Notes under the pieces: model-generated | What the model was told of the DNA's origin: nothing | Seen by the model: only the letters and a program-made list of their open reading frames with translations | Databases searched by the model: none | Source: Clostridia bacterium | GTDB lineage: Bacteria; Bacillota; Clostridia; Christensenellales; CAG-138 | Assembly: GCA_017509785.1 (NCBI GenBank) | Contig: JAFWOT010000027.1 | Coordinates: forward strand, 2,598 to 66,597 | Direction: 5' to 3' | Length of the DNA stretch: 64,000 bases | In this document: positions 35,436-44,727 of the stretch, in pieces | Numbering within the stretch: position 1 is the stretch's first letter | How the letters are laid out: every line of letters begins with the position of its first letter | Program-made: the position numbers and the translations under genes

Positions 35436-36665
35436 TTATTCCTGCCCGCCTGCCGCGCGGCCCGCGGCGGCGCCCGTTGAATACGCTATCTGCAGATTGA
35501 ACCCGCCGGTGAACGCGTCGACGTCTATGACCTCGCCCGCGAAGTAGAGCCCGGGCACGAGCTTTGACTCCATGGTCTTCGGGTCGATCTCCTTAACGGA
35601 AACGCCGCCCCTCGTGATCACGGCCTCCTCTATGGGGGCAGCGGCAGCGACGGAGAGCGGGATCGCCTTCAAGGTTGAGACGAGGCTGCGCCGTTCCTCC
35701 CGCGTGAAGCTGTCGGTGGTCTTTTCCGGGTCTATACCGGAAAGCTCCAGCACGATCGGCACCATGCGCGACGGGAGCAGCCCCATTATCGCGTTTTTCA
35801 TCCGCTTATGGCGGTTTGCTTCGAGATCGCGGAGTATCCTCGCCTCGAGGGTCTGTTCGTCGAGGGCTGGCTTCATATCGATGAGGAGCTTCGTTCCCGC
35901 GGGCTCGTCCGCGATCCTCGCGCTGGCGCTGAGGACGAGCGGCCCGCTGACGCCCGTATGCGTGAAGAGCATCTCGCCGAGCTCGGAGCAGACCTTCTTT
36001 CCGTTCTTGACGGCGGTGAGCGTGACGTTTTTGAGCGAGAGCCCCGCAAGCTCAGCCGGCCATTTCTCCGCGGTGACGAGCGAAACGAGCGAGGGAGCCG
36101 TCGGCGTCACGGTGTGACCGAAGGCGCGGGCGAAAGCGTATCCGTCCCCGGTGGAGCCGGTAGAGGGGTAGCTGAGGCCGCCGGTCGCGATAATGACCGA
36201 ATCGAACCTGCGGTCGCCCCGGCCGGATATCTCAAGCACGAAGCCTTCCTTCGTGCGGCTGACGGAGCGCACCCTCGAATCGAGGTTTATCACTGCGCCC
36301 CGCTCCTCGGTGAAGCGGACGAGCGCACGTATGACGTCGCTCGATTTATCGCTGACGGGGAATACCCTGCCCCCGCGTTCGACCTTCGTCGGGACGCCCT
36401 GCCCCTCGATAACGTCGATGATATCGTAATTGAAGAACCCGCGGAACGCGCTGTAAAGGAAGCGCGGATTGCGCGGTATGTTCCGCATGAAATCCTCCAT
36501 GCCGGCGTCGTTCGTAATGTTGCACCTGCCCTTGCCCGTGAGGTAGAGCTTCTTGCCCGCCTTCTCGTTGCGGTCGAATATCTCGACCTCGGCGCCCTCC
36601 GCCGCGGCGAAAGCGGCGGCGATCATGCCGGCGGGGCCGGCGCCTATCACGGCTATGCGCTTCAC
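35436..36665 (-). CDS. FAD-dependent oxidoreductase, HI0933/BaiN family
   Basis: 409 aa: VIGAGPAGMIAA, GKGRCNITN, and C-terminal FAGEVIDVD..GGFNLQ. Confidence 0.88.
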   Translation of the reverse strand: MKRIAVIGAGPAGMIAAAFAAAEGAEVEIFDRNEKAGKKLYLTGKGRCNITNDAGMEDFMRNIPRNPRFLYSAFRGFFNYDIIDVIEGQGVPTKVERGGRVFPVSDKSSDVIRALVRFTEERGAVINLDSRVRSVSRTKEGFVLEISGRGDRRFDSVIIATGGLSYPSTGSTGDGYAFARAFGHTVTPTAPSLVSLVTAEKWPAELAGLSLKNVTLTAVKNGKKVCSELGEMLFTHTGVSGPLVLSASARIADEPAGTKLLIDMKPALDEQTLEARILRDLEANRHKRMKNAIMGLLPSRMVPIVLELSGIDPEKTTDSFTREERRSLVSTLKAIPLSVAAAAPIEEAVITRGGVSVKEIDPKTMESKLVPGLYFAGEVIDVDAFTGGFNLQIAYSTGAAAGRAAGGQE

Positions 36666-37438
36666 AGGGGAGCCTCCTTTTCAAAAAGCCTCTTTGCATG
36701 GCCGAACCTTTCGCGGTCGGCCACGTCGTAAGTCAGCGGCGTCACGACGACGTACCCGTCGCGCACGGCCTTTTCGTCGGTGATATCGTCCTCGGCGCAG
36801 ACGGTCTTCTTGCCGCGGCGGGCGCTGTACGCCGTCCTGCCGTCGGGCTCCTTCGTTTCATCATAGCGCAGTTCATAGCGCTGCAGAGCAAGACCGCAGA
36901 CCCGCACGCCCCTGTAACCTTCACGCGCGCAGGCGGGGAAATTTACGCTGAGCATGCCCGGCCCGCTCTCAAAAAAGCGCATGAGCCCGGGCAGCATATC
37001 GGCGAAGCACTCCGAGGCTTCGCGCATGTGGGCCGTATCGAAGCCGTCCTTCGCGGCGGCGATGGAGGGCTTATCCACCATGAACCCCTCTATCGCGGCG
37101 GAGATCGTCCCAGAATAGACGGCGTCGGAGCCGAGGTTCGGCTCGTCGTTCATGCCGGAGACGATGAGATCCGGATCGAACCCGAGGTTCCCCAGAGCCA
37201 GCCGGACGCAGTCCGAGGGCGTCCCGTCGACGGCGTAAACACGCACGCCCGGCAGTTCCGGAAGTATCTTCGCTTCCGCGTGCAGGGGGCGGCGGAGAGT
37301 CAGCCCGTGGCTGACGCAGCTCATATTCTGCGCCGGCGCGGCGATCATTATCCCGTGCCCGGCTTTTACGAGCGCGAGAGCTGTTTCAATTATGCCGACG
37401 GCGTTATAGCCGTCGTCGTTGGTCAAAAGTATCTTCAT
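36662..37438 (-). CDS. surE: 5'/3'-nucleotidase SurE
   Basis: ORF trimmed to ATG 37438: MKILLTNDDGYNAVGI, GTPSDCV, SGMN. Confidence 0.9.
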   Translation of the reverse strand: MKILLTNDDGYNAVGIIETALALVKAGHGIMIAAPAQNMSCVSHGLTLRRPLHAEAKILPELPGVRVYAVDGTPSDCVRLALGNLGFDPDLIVSGMNDEPNLGSDAVYSGTISAAIEGFMVDKPSIAAAKDGFDTAHMREASECFADMLPGLMRFFESGPGMLSVNFPACAREGYRGVRVCGLALQRYELRYDETKEPDGRTAYSARRGKKTVCAEDDITDEKAVRDGYVVVTPLTYDVADRERFGHAKRLFEKEAPL

Positions 37439-37496
37439 TGTTTCCACCCATATTTTCCTATAATACATTATAGCAGATAGGCGCGGTTTCTTCAAC

Positions 37497-37530
37497 ACAA
37501 AAATACGGCCGCTCCGAACGAAGCGGCCGT
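37497..37530 (-). terminator. Rho-independent terminator of the decarboxylase operon
   Basis: Stem ACGGCCGCT pairs with AGCGGCCGT (9 bp). On the minus strand it is followed by ATTTTTGTGTT. Confidence 0.8.
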
Positions 37531-37543
37531 AACGGTATTGCTT

Positions 37544-39007
37544 TTACACTTTCTCGGTCAGATCCTCGACGTAGAGGGTGCGGACGCCGCTGTCGGCGGG
37601 CGCGGCCTTTGCGGGCGCGGCCTGCGCCGCGGGCTCGGGCTTTGCCGCGGGAGTCTCCCCCGCCTTCTTGTCGCGGTTCTCGAAGAACTTCATCGCGACC
37701 TGGGGGAAGAGCGCGTAGCTCAGAACGTCCTCCTCGGACTTGGCTATGCCCTTCAGCTCCTCGGTGTACTTCGCGAGCTCGGGCTCAAGAAGATCCGCCG
37801 GGCGGCAGGTGATGACCTTGCCGTCGGGGCCGAGGGCCTTCCTGCGGACCTCCTCGTTGACCTTGCCGGGGAGCCTGCCGTATTCGCCGGCAAGCACGCC
37901 CTTGGACTCCTTGGTGAACATCTTGTAGCGTTCGCCGGAGAGCACGTTCAAAACCGCCTGGGAGCCGACTATCTGGCTCGTCGGGGTGACGAGGGGCGGA
38001 TAACCGAAATCCTCACGCACGCGGGGGATCTCGGCGAGGACCTCGTAATACTTATCCTCGGCGTTGGCCTGCTTGAGCTGGTTGATGAGGTTGGAGAGCA
38101 TCCCGCCCGGGACCTGATACATGAGGGTGTTCGTATCGACGGAGAGGACCTTCGGATCCAGCACGCCCTCCTTCTTGAGCCTTGCGGCGACGCCGCGGAA
38201 ATGCTTGGCGGCCTCCGCCATCTTGTTGAGGTCGAGCCCGGTATCGCGCTCGGTTCCCTTCAGAGTCGCAACGAGGGGTTCCGTCGCGGGCTGGCTCGTG
38301 CCGTTGCCGAGGGGCGAGAGCGCGGTGTCGACTATATCGACGCCCGCCTCGACCGCCTTCAATATGGTCATATCGCCGGTGCCGGTGGTGTTGTGGGTGT
38401 GCAGATGGATGGGAACGTCGATCTCGGCCTTGAGGCGCTTCACGAGAGAATACGCCGAATACGGCAGGAGCAGGTTCGCCATATCCTTGATGCAGATGGA
38501 ATCCGCGCCCATCTGGACGAGCTCCTTCGCGAGCTTGACGAAATAATCCTCGGAATGGACGGGGCTTATCGTGTAGCTCAGGGCGGGCTCGCACCAGCCG
38601 CCGTATTTCTTGGTGTACTTGATGGCGGCTTCGAGGTTCCTTACGTCGTTCAGGGCGTCGAATATCCTGATCACGTCGATGCCGTTCTCTATCGCCTTGC
38701 GGCAGAACTGCTCGACGACGTCGTCCGCGTAGTGCTTGTAGCCGAGAATGTTCTGCCCGCGGAAGAGCATTTGAAGCTTCGTGTGGGGAAGAGCCTTCCT
38801 AAGTGTGCGGAGGCGCTCCCACGGATCCTCGTTGAGGAAGCGGAGGCAGGAGTCAAAGGTGGCTCCGCCCCAGCACTCGAGGGACCAGTAGCCGATCGAA
38901 TCGAGTATATCGCATGCGGGGAGCATATCCTCGATGCGCATACGGGTCGCCGCCTGGGACTGATGCGCGTCGCGCAGTATGGTATCTGTGATGAAAAGCT
39001 TAGCCAT
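37544..39007 (-). CDS. Oxaloacetate decarboxylase alpha / pyruvate carboxylase 5S-type carboxyltransferase subunit, lacking a biotinyl domain
   Basis: 487 aa: FITDTILRDAHQSQAATRM (HMGL-like TIM barrel), HTHNTTG. The Ala/Pro-rich C-terminus ends without an AMKM biotin motif. Confidence 0.88.
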   Translation of the reverse strand: MAKLFITDTILRDAHQSQAATRMRIEDMLPACDILDSIGYWSLECWGGATFDSCLRFLNEDPWERLRTLRKALPHTKLQMLFRGQNILGYKHYADDVVEQFCRKAIENGIDVIRIFDALNDVRNLEAAIKYTKKYGGWCEPALSYTISPVHSEDYFVKLAKELVQMGADSICIKDMANLLLPYSAYSLVKRLKAEIDVPIHLHTHNTTGTGDMTILKAVEAGVDIVDTALSPLGNGTSQPATEPLVATLKGTERDTGLDLNKMAEAAKHFRGVAARLKKEGVLDPKVLSVDTNTLMYQVPGGMLSNLINQLKQANAEDKYYEVLAEIPRVREDFGYPPLVTPTSQIVGSQAVLNVLSGERYKMFTKESKGVLAGEYGRLPGKVNEEVRRKALGPDGKVITCRPADLLEPELAKYTEELKGIAKSEEDVLSYALFPQVAMKFFENRDKKAGETPAAKPEPAAQAAPAKAAPADSGVRTLYVEDLTEKV

Positions 39008-39022
39008 AAACCGGATCCTTTC

Positions 39023-40204
39023 TTAATTGAACAGGGCGAGGAATACGCCGGCCGCTATCGCGGAGCCGATAACGCCCGCGACATTGGGGCCCATAGCGTG
39101 CATGAGAAGGAAATTCGAGGGATTCTCCTTCTGACCGACGACCTGGGAGACACGCGCCGCCATCGGTACCGCGGAAACGCCGGCGGAGCCGATGAGGGGG
39201 TTGATCTTGCCCCGGGTCACGAGGCACATGAGCTTGCCGAGGAGTATTCCGCCGATGGTGCCGAATATGAACGCCGCGATGCCCATGGCGAAGATGCCGA
39301 GGGTGTCGAGGCGCAGGAACATCTGCGCGGTCGCCGTCGCTCCGACGGAGATGCCGAGGAATATAGTGACTATGTTCATCAGCTCGTTCTGGGCCGTCTT
39401 CGAGAGCCTGTCGACTACGCCGCTCTCACGCAGGAGGTTGCCCAGCATCAGCATGCCGACGAGGCTTGCCGCGGAGGGAACGAGCAGCGCGGTGAATATG
39501 GTAACGACTATCGGGAAGACGATCTTCTCCGTCTTCGAAACAGGGCGAAGCTGCTGCATTACGATCTGACGCTCCTTCTTGGTGGTGAGGAGCTTCATGA
39601 ACGGAGGCTGTATCAGCGGGACGAGCGCCATGTACGAATACGCGGCGATCGCGATGGAGCCGAGGTATTCGGGAGCGAGCTTCGACGTGACGAATATGGC
39701 GGTCGGGCCGTCCGCGCCGCCGATGATGCCTATGGAGGCGGCGACGTTATCGGGGAAGCCGATTATGAGCCTCGCGCCGATGAACGCGATGAATATGCCC
39801 GCCTGCGCCGCAGCGCCGAGCAGAAGGCTCTTCGGGTTGGCGATAAGGGGACCGAAATCCGTCATCGCGCCCACGCCGAGGAATATGAGGCAGGGGTATA
39901 TGCCCAGCTTGACGCCGAGATACAGGTAGTCTATGAGACCCGCCGTGTTCGAGAAATCGCCCCAATGGACGTGGCCCCCCTCGAACAGAACGGGGTGATA
40001 CATTTCGGCTCCGGGCAGATTCGTCAGCAGCATGCCGAATGCGATGGGAAGAAGGAGCATGGGCTCGAACTTCTTGACTATGGCGAGATAGAGCAGCAGG
40101 CACGCCACGCCTATCATAACCAGAGTCTGCCACCAAGCGGCGTCTCCCGACGTGAACAGCCGGTAAAAGCCCGATTGCTGCAGAAAGTTTAAAATAGATT
40201 CCAT
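39023..40204 (-). CDS. Na+-translocating decarboxylase beta subunit (OadB/GcdB/MmdB family)
   Basis: 393 aa polytopic membrane protein. Motifs such as [17 protein letters not shown] and AYSYMALVP are characteristic of the OadB family. Confidence 0.9.
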   Translation of the reverse strand: MESILNFLQQSGFYRLFTSGDAAWWQTLVMIGVACLLLYLAIVKKFEPMLLLPIAFGMLLTNLPGAEMYHPVLFEGGHVHWGDFSNTAGLIDYLYLGVKLGIYPCLIFLGVGAMTDFGPLIANPKSLLLGAAAQAGIFIAFIGARLIIGFPDNVAASIGIIGGADGPTAIFVTSKLAPEYLGSIAIAAYSYMALVPLIQPPFMKLLTTKKERQIVMQQLRPVSKTEKIVFPIVVTIFTALLVPSAASLVGMLMLGNLLRESGVVDRLSKTAQNELMNIVTIFLGISVGATATAQMFLRLDTLGIFAMGIAAFIFGTIGGILLGKLMCLVTRGKINPLIGSAGVSAVPMAARVSQVVGQKENPSNFLLMHAMGPNVAGVIGSAIAAGVFLALFN

Positions 40205-40215
40205 ATTTCTATGCT

Positions 40216-40575
40216 TTATTCAAAAGCAATGAGAACGTCACCCGAGTTTACAGAGGAGCCCTTGGTGGTGTTTACGTTGAGAACGCGGCCGTCGCGGGGA
40301 GCGAGGATCTCGTTTTCCATTTTCATGGCCTCGAGAACGAGAAGGACTTGTCCGCGCTTGAAGCTGTCGCCGACCTTGACGTTGACGCCGACGATGGTGC
40401 CGGGCATGGGAGCGGAGATGGTCTCCGCCGCGCCGGAAGCGGCGGGCGCCGCGGGTGCGGGGGCGGCCTTGGGCGCTGCGGGAGCGGGCGCTGCGGCGGG
40501 AGCCTTGGCGCCGTCGATCTCCTCGACCTCTACCTCATAGGAAGTACCGTTGACATTGACTAAAAATTTACGCAT
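40216..40575 (-). CDS. Biotin carboxyl carrier (biotinyl/lipoyl) subunit of the decarboxylase
   Basis: ORF trimmed to ATG 40575 (RBS GGAGG). 119 aa with an Ala/Pro linker and biotinylation motif [10 protein letters not shown]. Confidence 0.9.
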   Translation of the reverse strand: MRKFLVNVNGTSYEVEVEEIDGAKAPAAAPAPAAPKAAPAPAAPAASGAAETISAPMPGTIVGVNVKVGDSFKRGQVLLVLEAMKMENEILAPRDGRVLNVNTTKGSSVNSGDVLIAFE

Positions 40576-40618
40576 TTTAACCTCCGAAACGGCTGTTGCC
40601 GAATATTTGCTGATCAGT

Positions 40619-41059
40619 TCAGGCCGCCCTGCGGATCGACCTGATGCGGATGCCGGAAACGTCCCCGCCCATCTCTTCTGCGATGGCGGCGGAGATGACG
40701 GCGATGAGCTCGCGCCTCTCATCGGGCGTGAGCGCGGCCTGTCCGCCCACGCGCCTGAACGAGTGGATGCGGATGCCGGAAACGTCCGTGCCGAGGTACT
40801 CGGCCACGGCGGCGGAAACGGCGGCGATCGTCTGCCGCCTCTGCTCGGGAGACATACTCGCTTCCGGTACGGAAGCGGCCGGCACGAAGCCGGAAGTCAC
40901 GGGAGCGACCTCGGGGCGGTTTGCCTTCGCCGGCCTGCGCTCACGCGTGAAGAGCCTGACTATGAGGCTCATGAGATAGATGATCCCGATAAGACAGATA
41001 AGCCCGACGAAAACAACGCCGAGACCTATCAACAACACAGTTAATGCTTCCTGTACCAT
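40619..41059 (-). CDS. OadG-family (decarboxylase gamma/delta) membrane anchor with a duplicated C-terminal module
   Basis: ORF trimmed to ATG 41059 (RBS AGGAGG). N-terminal TM helix LTVLLIGLGVVFVGLICLIGIIYLM, then two copies of about 35 aa each: SPEQRRQTIAAVSAAVAEYLGTDVSGIRIHSFRRV and TPDERRELIAVISAAIAEEMGGDVSGIRIRSIRRA. Confidence 0.8.
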   Translation of the reverse strand: MVQEALTVLLIGLGVVFVGLICLIGIIYLMSLIVRLFTRERRPAKANRPEVAPVTSGFVPAASVPEASMSPEQRRQTIAAVSAAVAEYLGTDVSGIRIHSFRRVGGQAALTPDERRELIAVISAAIAEEMGGDVSGIRIRSIRRAA

Positions 41060-41192
41060 TGGGAAACCTCCTGTTATCCGATGAAGCAGCGGCATAAATG
41101 CCCTGCCTCAATTCTTCCCGATTTCTGATATTCGACCGAAATCCCTTTTCTCCTGCCTGCGGGGAGGTACAAAACCAAATATATTTTGCCTG

Positions 41193-41912
41193 TCATGTTT
41201 CGGGCCCCGCGTTCGCCCGGAGGAAGCCCGCCTTCTCCTCATCCGTGAGGAGCCTTCTCTGCCCGGGCTTCATGCCCTTCAGCTCAACTTCGCCTATCGC
41301 GATGCGGCAGAGCTTCAGCGTATCGTGACCGAGAGCCTCCATCATGCGCCTTACCTGGCGGTTGCGCCCCTCGAATATGGATATGACGAGCTCGGACTTT
41401 TCCTCCCCCCTTTTCGTCACGCGGACGATAGCGGGGGCGGTCGGCCCGTCCTCCAGCTCCACGCCGGAGGCGAGCAGCCTTTCGTCGCGCTTCGTGACCT
41501 CGCCCGTGACGAGCACGCGGTAGGTCTTGGATTTCATATAGCGGGGGTGGGTGAGCTTGTCCGCGAAATCGCCGTCGTTCGTGACGAATATGAGCCCTTC
41601 GGAATCGTAATCGAGGCGGCCGACGGTGTATAGCCGCAGGGGCACGTCGCGGAAATAATCTATGACCCTGACCCTGTCCTCGCCCGGGTCGGCGGTGCAG
41701 ATGACGTTCTTCGGCTTATAGAAGGCGTAGACGACCTTCTCCCCGGCCGGGGCGACGCGCTTTCCGTCAAGGAGGACGGTATCGCCCTCCTCCACGGTCT
41801 GCCCGACGGAGGCGGTCACGCCGTTGACCTTCACCCTTCCTTCGGATATAAGTTCCTCGCATTTCCTGCGGGAGGCGACCCCCGCGTCTGCGAGATATTT
41901 TTGAAGTCTCAT
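41193..41912 (-). CDS. rluB: Pseudouridine synthase, RsuA/RluB family
   Basis: ORF trimmed to ATG 41912. S4 domain (MRLQKYLADAGVASRRKCEELI) and catalytic motif GRLDYDSEGL. Confidence 0.88.
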   Translation of the reverse strand: MRLQKYLADAGVASRRKCEELISEGRVKVNGVTASVGQTVEEGDTVLLDGKRVAPAGEKVVYAFYKPKNVICTADPGEDRVRVIDYFRDVPLRLYTVGRLDYDSEGLIFVTNDGDFADKLTHPRYMKSKTYRVLVTGEVTKRDERLLASGVELEDGPTAPAIVRVTKRGEEKSELVISIFEGRNRQVRRMMEALGHDTLKLCRIAIGEVELKGMKPGQRRLLTDEEKAGFLRANAGPET

Positions 41913-41929
41913 TGCTTTCTCCGTTGTTT

Positions 41930-43063
41930 TTATGCCGCGAAGAGCGAAGCGAGCAGCCTCCACCAGAAGCCGAGATCCGTCTTCGGAACGGTCTTTTCGG
42001 CTACGAGCTCCGTTTCGCCGACGAGCTCATCCCCGTCGTAGACGGAGAGCCTGCCTACCGTCTGCCCCCGGGATACCGGCGCTTCGACGTATTCCGGCAG
42101 ATCGACCCGAGTCGTAAGGCGCAGCCTCTCGCCCTTTCGCATCACTGCTATTATACTACTTTTCGACGAAACTTCCAACACGTTTTCGGCTCCTTCTCGA
42201 ATATATGTCTTGCCGGCGGGCTGCCCGGCGGGGACGACCCCGATCTTTTCATACTCATCGAAGGCTTCGTCCATCATGCGGGAGGCGGCTTCGAACATGG
42301 GGCGGCAGTTGAGCACGCAGCCGATGAGCTCCATCCCCTCGCGCTCCGCTCCGTAGACGAGGCATCTTCCCGCCCCGGAGGTGTAGCCCGTCTTGACTCC
42401 GAAGGCTCCTTCGTAATCCCAGAGGAGGGCGTTTTTGTTCTTGAACGTCCGTGCGCAGGCGCCCGACTCCGTCCTGTAATACTTCGTCGAGACCATCTCG
42501 CGGAAATCGGCGTTTTTCATCGCCTCCCTTGCAATAAGGCAGAGCTCGTATGCCGTGGTGCGGTGTCCCTCCGCGTCGAGGCCGTTAGGCGTGACGAAGC
42601 GCGTCGCGGCAAGGCCGAGCTCCGCCGCCTTCGCGTTCATCATTTCGACGAAGCCCGTCACGCTCCCGCCGACGTGTACGGCGAGCGCGACGGCCGCGTC
42701 GTTGCCGGAGGCGAGCATCAGCCCGTAGAGGAGGTCGCGCACGGTCATGCTCTCCCCCCTTTGGAGGTACACGGACGAGCCCTCGACCCCGACGGCCTCG
42801 TCCGGAACGCGGACGAGCTCATCGGGGGAACTGTTTTGAAGCGTCACGAGGGCGGTCATTATCTTCGTCGTGCTCGCCATTGGAAGGAGCGTGTCGGCGT
42901 TCTTCGCAAACAGGAGCCTGCCCGTTTCCGCCTCTATGAGGGCGTATGCCGCGGCCTCCTCCGCCGCCGCGGAGGCGGGCTCCGCCTTCGGCGCAGCCGC
43001 CATCACCGCGAGCGTGAACGCCAGTATTATCGCCGCCGATACGGCGATCCATCTCCTGCTCAT
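41930..43063 (-). CDS. D-alanyl-D-alanine carboxypeptidase (peptidase S11, DacB/DacF-like)
   Basis: 377 aa with signal/TM segment, SxxK (ASTTKIMT), SGN (LASGNDAA) and KTG (VKTGYT). Confidence 0.9.
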   Translation of the reverse strand: MSRRWIAVSAAIILAFTLAVMAAAPKAEPASAAAEEAAAYALIEAETGRLLFAKNADTLLPMASTTKIMTALVTLQNSSPDELVRVPDEAVGVEGSSVYLQRGESMTVRDLLYGLMLASGNDAAVALAVHVGGSVTGFVEMMNAKAAELGLAATRFVTPNGLDAEGHRTTAYELCLIAREAMKNADFREMVSTKYYRTESGACARTFKNKNALLWDYEGAFGVKTGYTSGAGRCLVYGAEREGMELIGCVLNCRPMFEAASRMMDEAFDEYEKIGVVPAGQPAGKTYIREGAENVLEVSSKSSIIAVMRKGERLRLTTRVDLPEYVEAPVSRGQTVGRLSVYDGDELVGETELVAEKTVPKTDLGFWWRLLASLFAA

Positions 43064-43611
43064 TCGGCTTCGTCCCCGTCGTACTCAATATCGATGCGGA
43101 AGCGGTCTTCGGGCTTCTCCCCCGCGGGAGCCGCGCTCTCTTCGGGCTCGGGGCGCTTCTCAAACGAGGCGAAGCGCCCGTGTCTGCGCCTCGTCTTCGG
43201 GGCGGGAGCGCAGTCGCCGCCGAGCTCCTTTATGAGCCGCTCCGCCGCGTCCATCGCCTGCGGGAGCATATCCACGAGGCGGTCGAGGGTCGAATCCTGT
43301 TTGGCGGGGAGCACGCGGACGGAATCCCCCTGCACGGAGAGGAACGCGAGCGGGGTCAGGCTCATGCCGAGGGTCGAAGCTCCTATGAAGGGGTAATTGC
43401 CCTCGCAGTTTATCTCGACCGCGCTCTTCTTCGGGACGGAGGCGGCGATGTACTCTCCCCCGCCGACGAGCATCCCGAGGGCGACCTTCGACACGGGCAG
43501 TATCATACCGCCATCCGTCATTATCGGGCTGCCGATGACGGTGTTCACGTCGGCAAGAGCCTTGATGTGCTCCATTGACGACTGCATTATGTTTTCGATG
43601 GGATGGTTCAT
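43060..43611 (-). CDS. ytfJ: Sporulation protein YtfJ/GerW family
   Basis: 183 aa: IKALADVNTVIGSPIMTDGGMILPVSKVALGMLVGGGEY, typical of GerW/YtfJ, plus a C-terminal acidic extension. RBS AAGGAGA. Confidence 0.85.
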   Translation of the reverse strand: MNHPIENIMQSSMEHIKALADVNTVIGSPIMTDGGMILPVSKVALGMLVGGGEYIAASVPKKSAVEINCEGNYPFIGASTLGMSLTPLAFLSVQGDSVRVLPAKQDSTLDRLVDMLPQAMDAAERLIKELGGDCAPAPKTRRRHGRFASFEKRPEPEESAAPAGEKPEDRFRIDIEYDGDEAE

Positions 43612-43612
43612 G

Positions 43613-44122
43613 TTATCTCCTTTTCGATTTGATTATCTCCATTACTAATTTACCCGGAGAGAAAACGGCTATTCCTTCCACATTAAGGTCGAATACCGTT
43701 TTTTGAAGATCGGGCGTTATACTGAGCCGCGCTCTCTCCGGCTTGAGGAGCGCCGCCGCGGATGAAAGGACCGCGCCGAGAGCCCCCGCGAGTATAACGC
43801 CTGTATCCGGCCTGCCGCTTAGCCCTGCCGTGCAGGAGATCCCGAGCTCCTTTACGCGCAGGAACGCGAGCGGCCGCATGCGGGAACGCCCGCGGCGGCG
43901 CTTCTTTTCGGCGGCGGGACGCGGCGGCGCGCCGTTAACGGATATCATAAGCCCCGCTCCCGCCTTCGGAAACACGCGGAACCGCAGAAGCCGGAAACGC
44001 CTCCCGAACATGGATAACCACACGGTCCCCCGGAGCGAGAGCCCCTCTGACGCGATTCGGAACGGCAGACTCTTGTTTACAAGTATCAGCGCGGCAAGCG
44101 CCGCCGCGAGCAAAAGCGGCAC
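43613..44122 (-). CDS. DUF2953-like (YtfI-like) sporulation-associated membrane protein
   Basis: The track ORF is 43613..44212. I prefer GTG 44122 because AGGAGG lies 6 nt upstream and the product then starts with a hydrophobic segment (VPLLLAAALAALILV). ATG 44212 would sit 17 nt from ruvC with no RBS. Family call from its position beside ytfJ and general resemblance only. Confidence 0.55.
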   Translation of the reverse strand: MPLLLAAALAALILVNKSLPFRIASEGLSLRGTVWLSMFGRRFRLLRFRVFPKAGAGLMISVNGAPPRPAAEKKRRRGRSRMRPLAFLRVKELGISCTAGLSGRPDTGVILAGALGAVLSSAAALLKPERARLSITPDLQKTVFDLNVEGIAVFSPGKLVMEIIKSKRR

Positions 44123-44229
44123 GGGTCTCCTCCTTAAAAAACATATCGCATTTAGTTTGGCCGAAAAGCTTGTAAATATTTTGTTTTCATGGTAAGATAG
44201 TATAGGAAACATTTTGGGAGGAGCGTCCG

Positions 44230-44727
44230 ATGATCATTCTCGGCATAGACCCGGGATACGCGATACTCGGCTACGGGGTATTGAAGTTCGACCGGGGCAT
44301 ATTCACGGTACTCGATTACGGCGTCATCGAAACGAAGGCGGACAGGACCTTCCCCGAAAGGCTGGAGATACTGCATCGGGGCGTGAGCATGCTCATCGAA
44401 AGATACAAGCCCGATCACATCGCGTTCGAGGAGCTCTTCTTCTACCACAACGCGAAGACGGCTATACAGGTCGCGGCGGGGCGCGGAGTCGCGCTTTTGG
44501 CGGCGCAGCAGGCGGGGCTCCCGCTGTACGAGTACACGCCGATGCAGATAAAGCTTTCCGTGACGGGCGACGGCCACGCGGACAAGCTCCAGGTGCAGAC
44601 CATGGTAAAGCTTCTTTTGAAGCTGAAGGACATACCCAAGCCCGACGACGCGGCCGACGCCCTCGGCGCGGCCATCTGCCACGCAAGCTCGGTCGGGCCC
44701 GCTTTGGAGGAATTCAGGATCAAATAA
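44230..44727 (+). CDS. ruvC: Crossover junction endodeoxyribonuclease RuvC
   Basis: 165 aa: MIILGIDPGYAILGYGV, FEELFF, DAADALGAAICH. Confidence 0.93.
   Translation: MIILGIDPGYAILGYGVLKFDRGIFTVLDYGVIETKADRTFPERLEILHRGVSMLIERYKPDHIAFEELFFYHNAKTAIQVAAGRGVALLAAQQAGLPLYEYTPMQIKLSVTGDGHADKLQVQTMVKLLLKLKDIPKPDDAADALGAAICHASSVGPALEEFRIK

Noticed and set aside
37538-40192. 884-aa ORF on the plus strand spanning the whole decarboxylase alpha and beta genes
   Set aside because: It is antisense to two genes with unmistakable family motifs (OadA-type carboxyltransferase, OadB). Its translation is Arg/Gly/Ala/Leu/Asp-rich with no recognisable motifs, and it has no RBS. This is a typical stop-codon-poor shadow frame of a high-GC genome.
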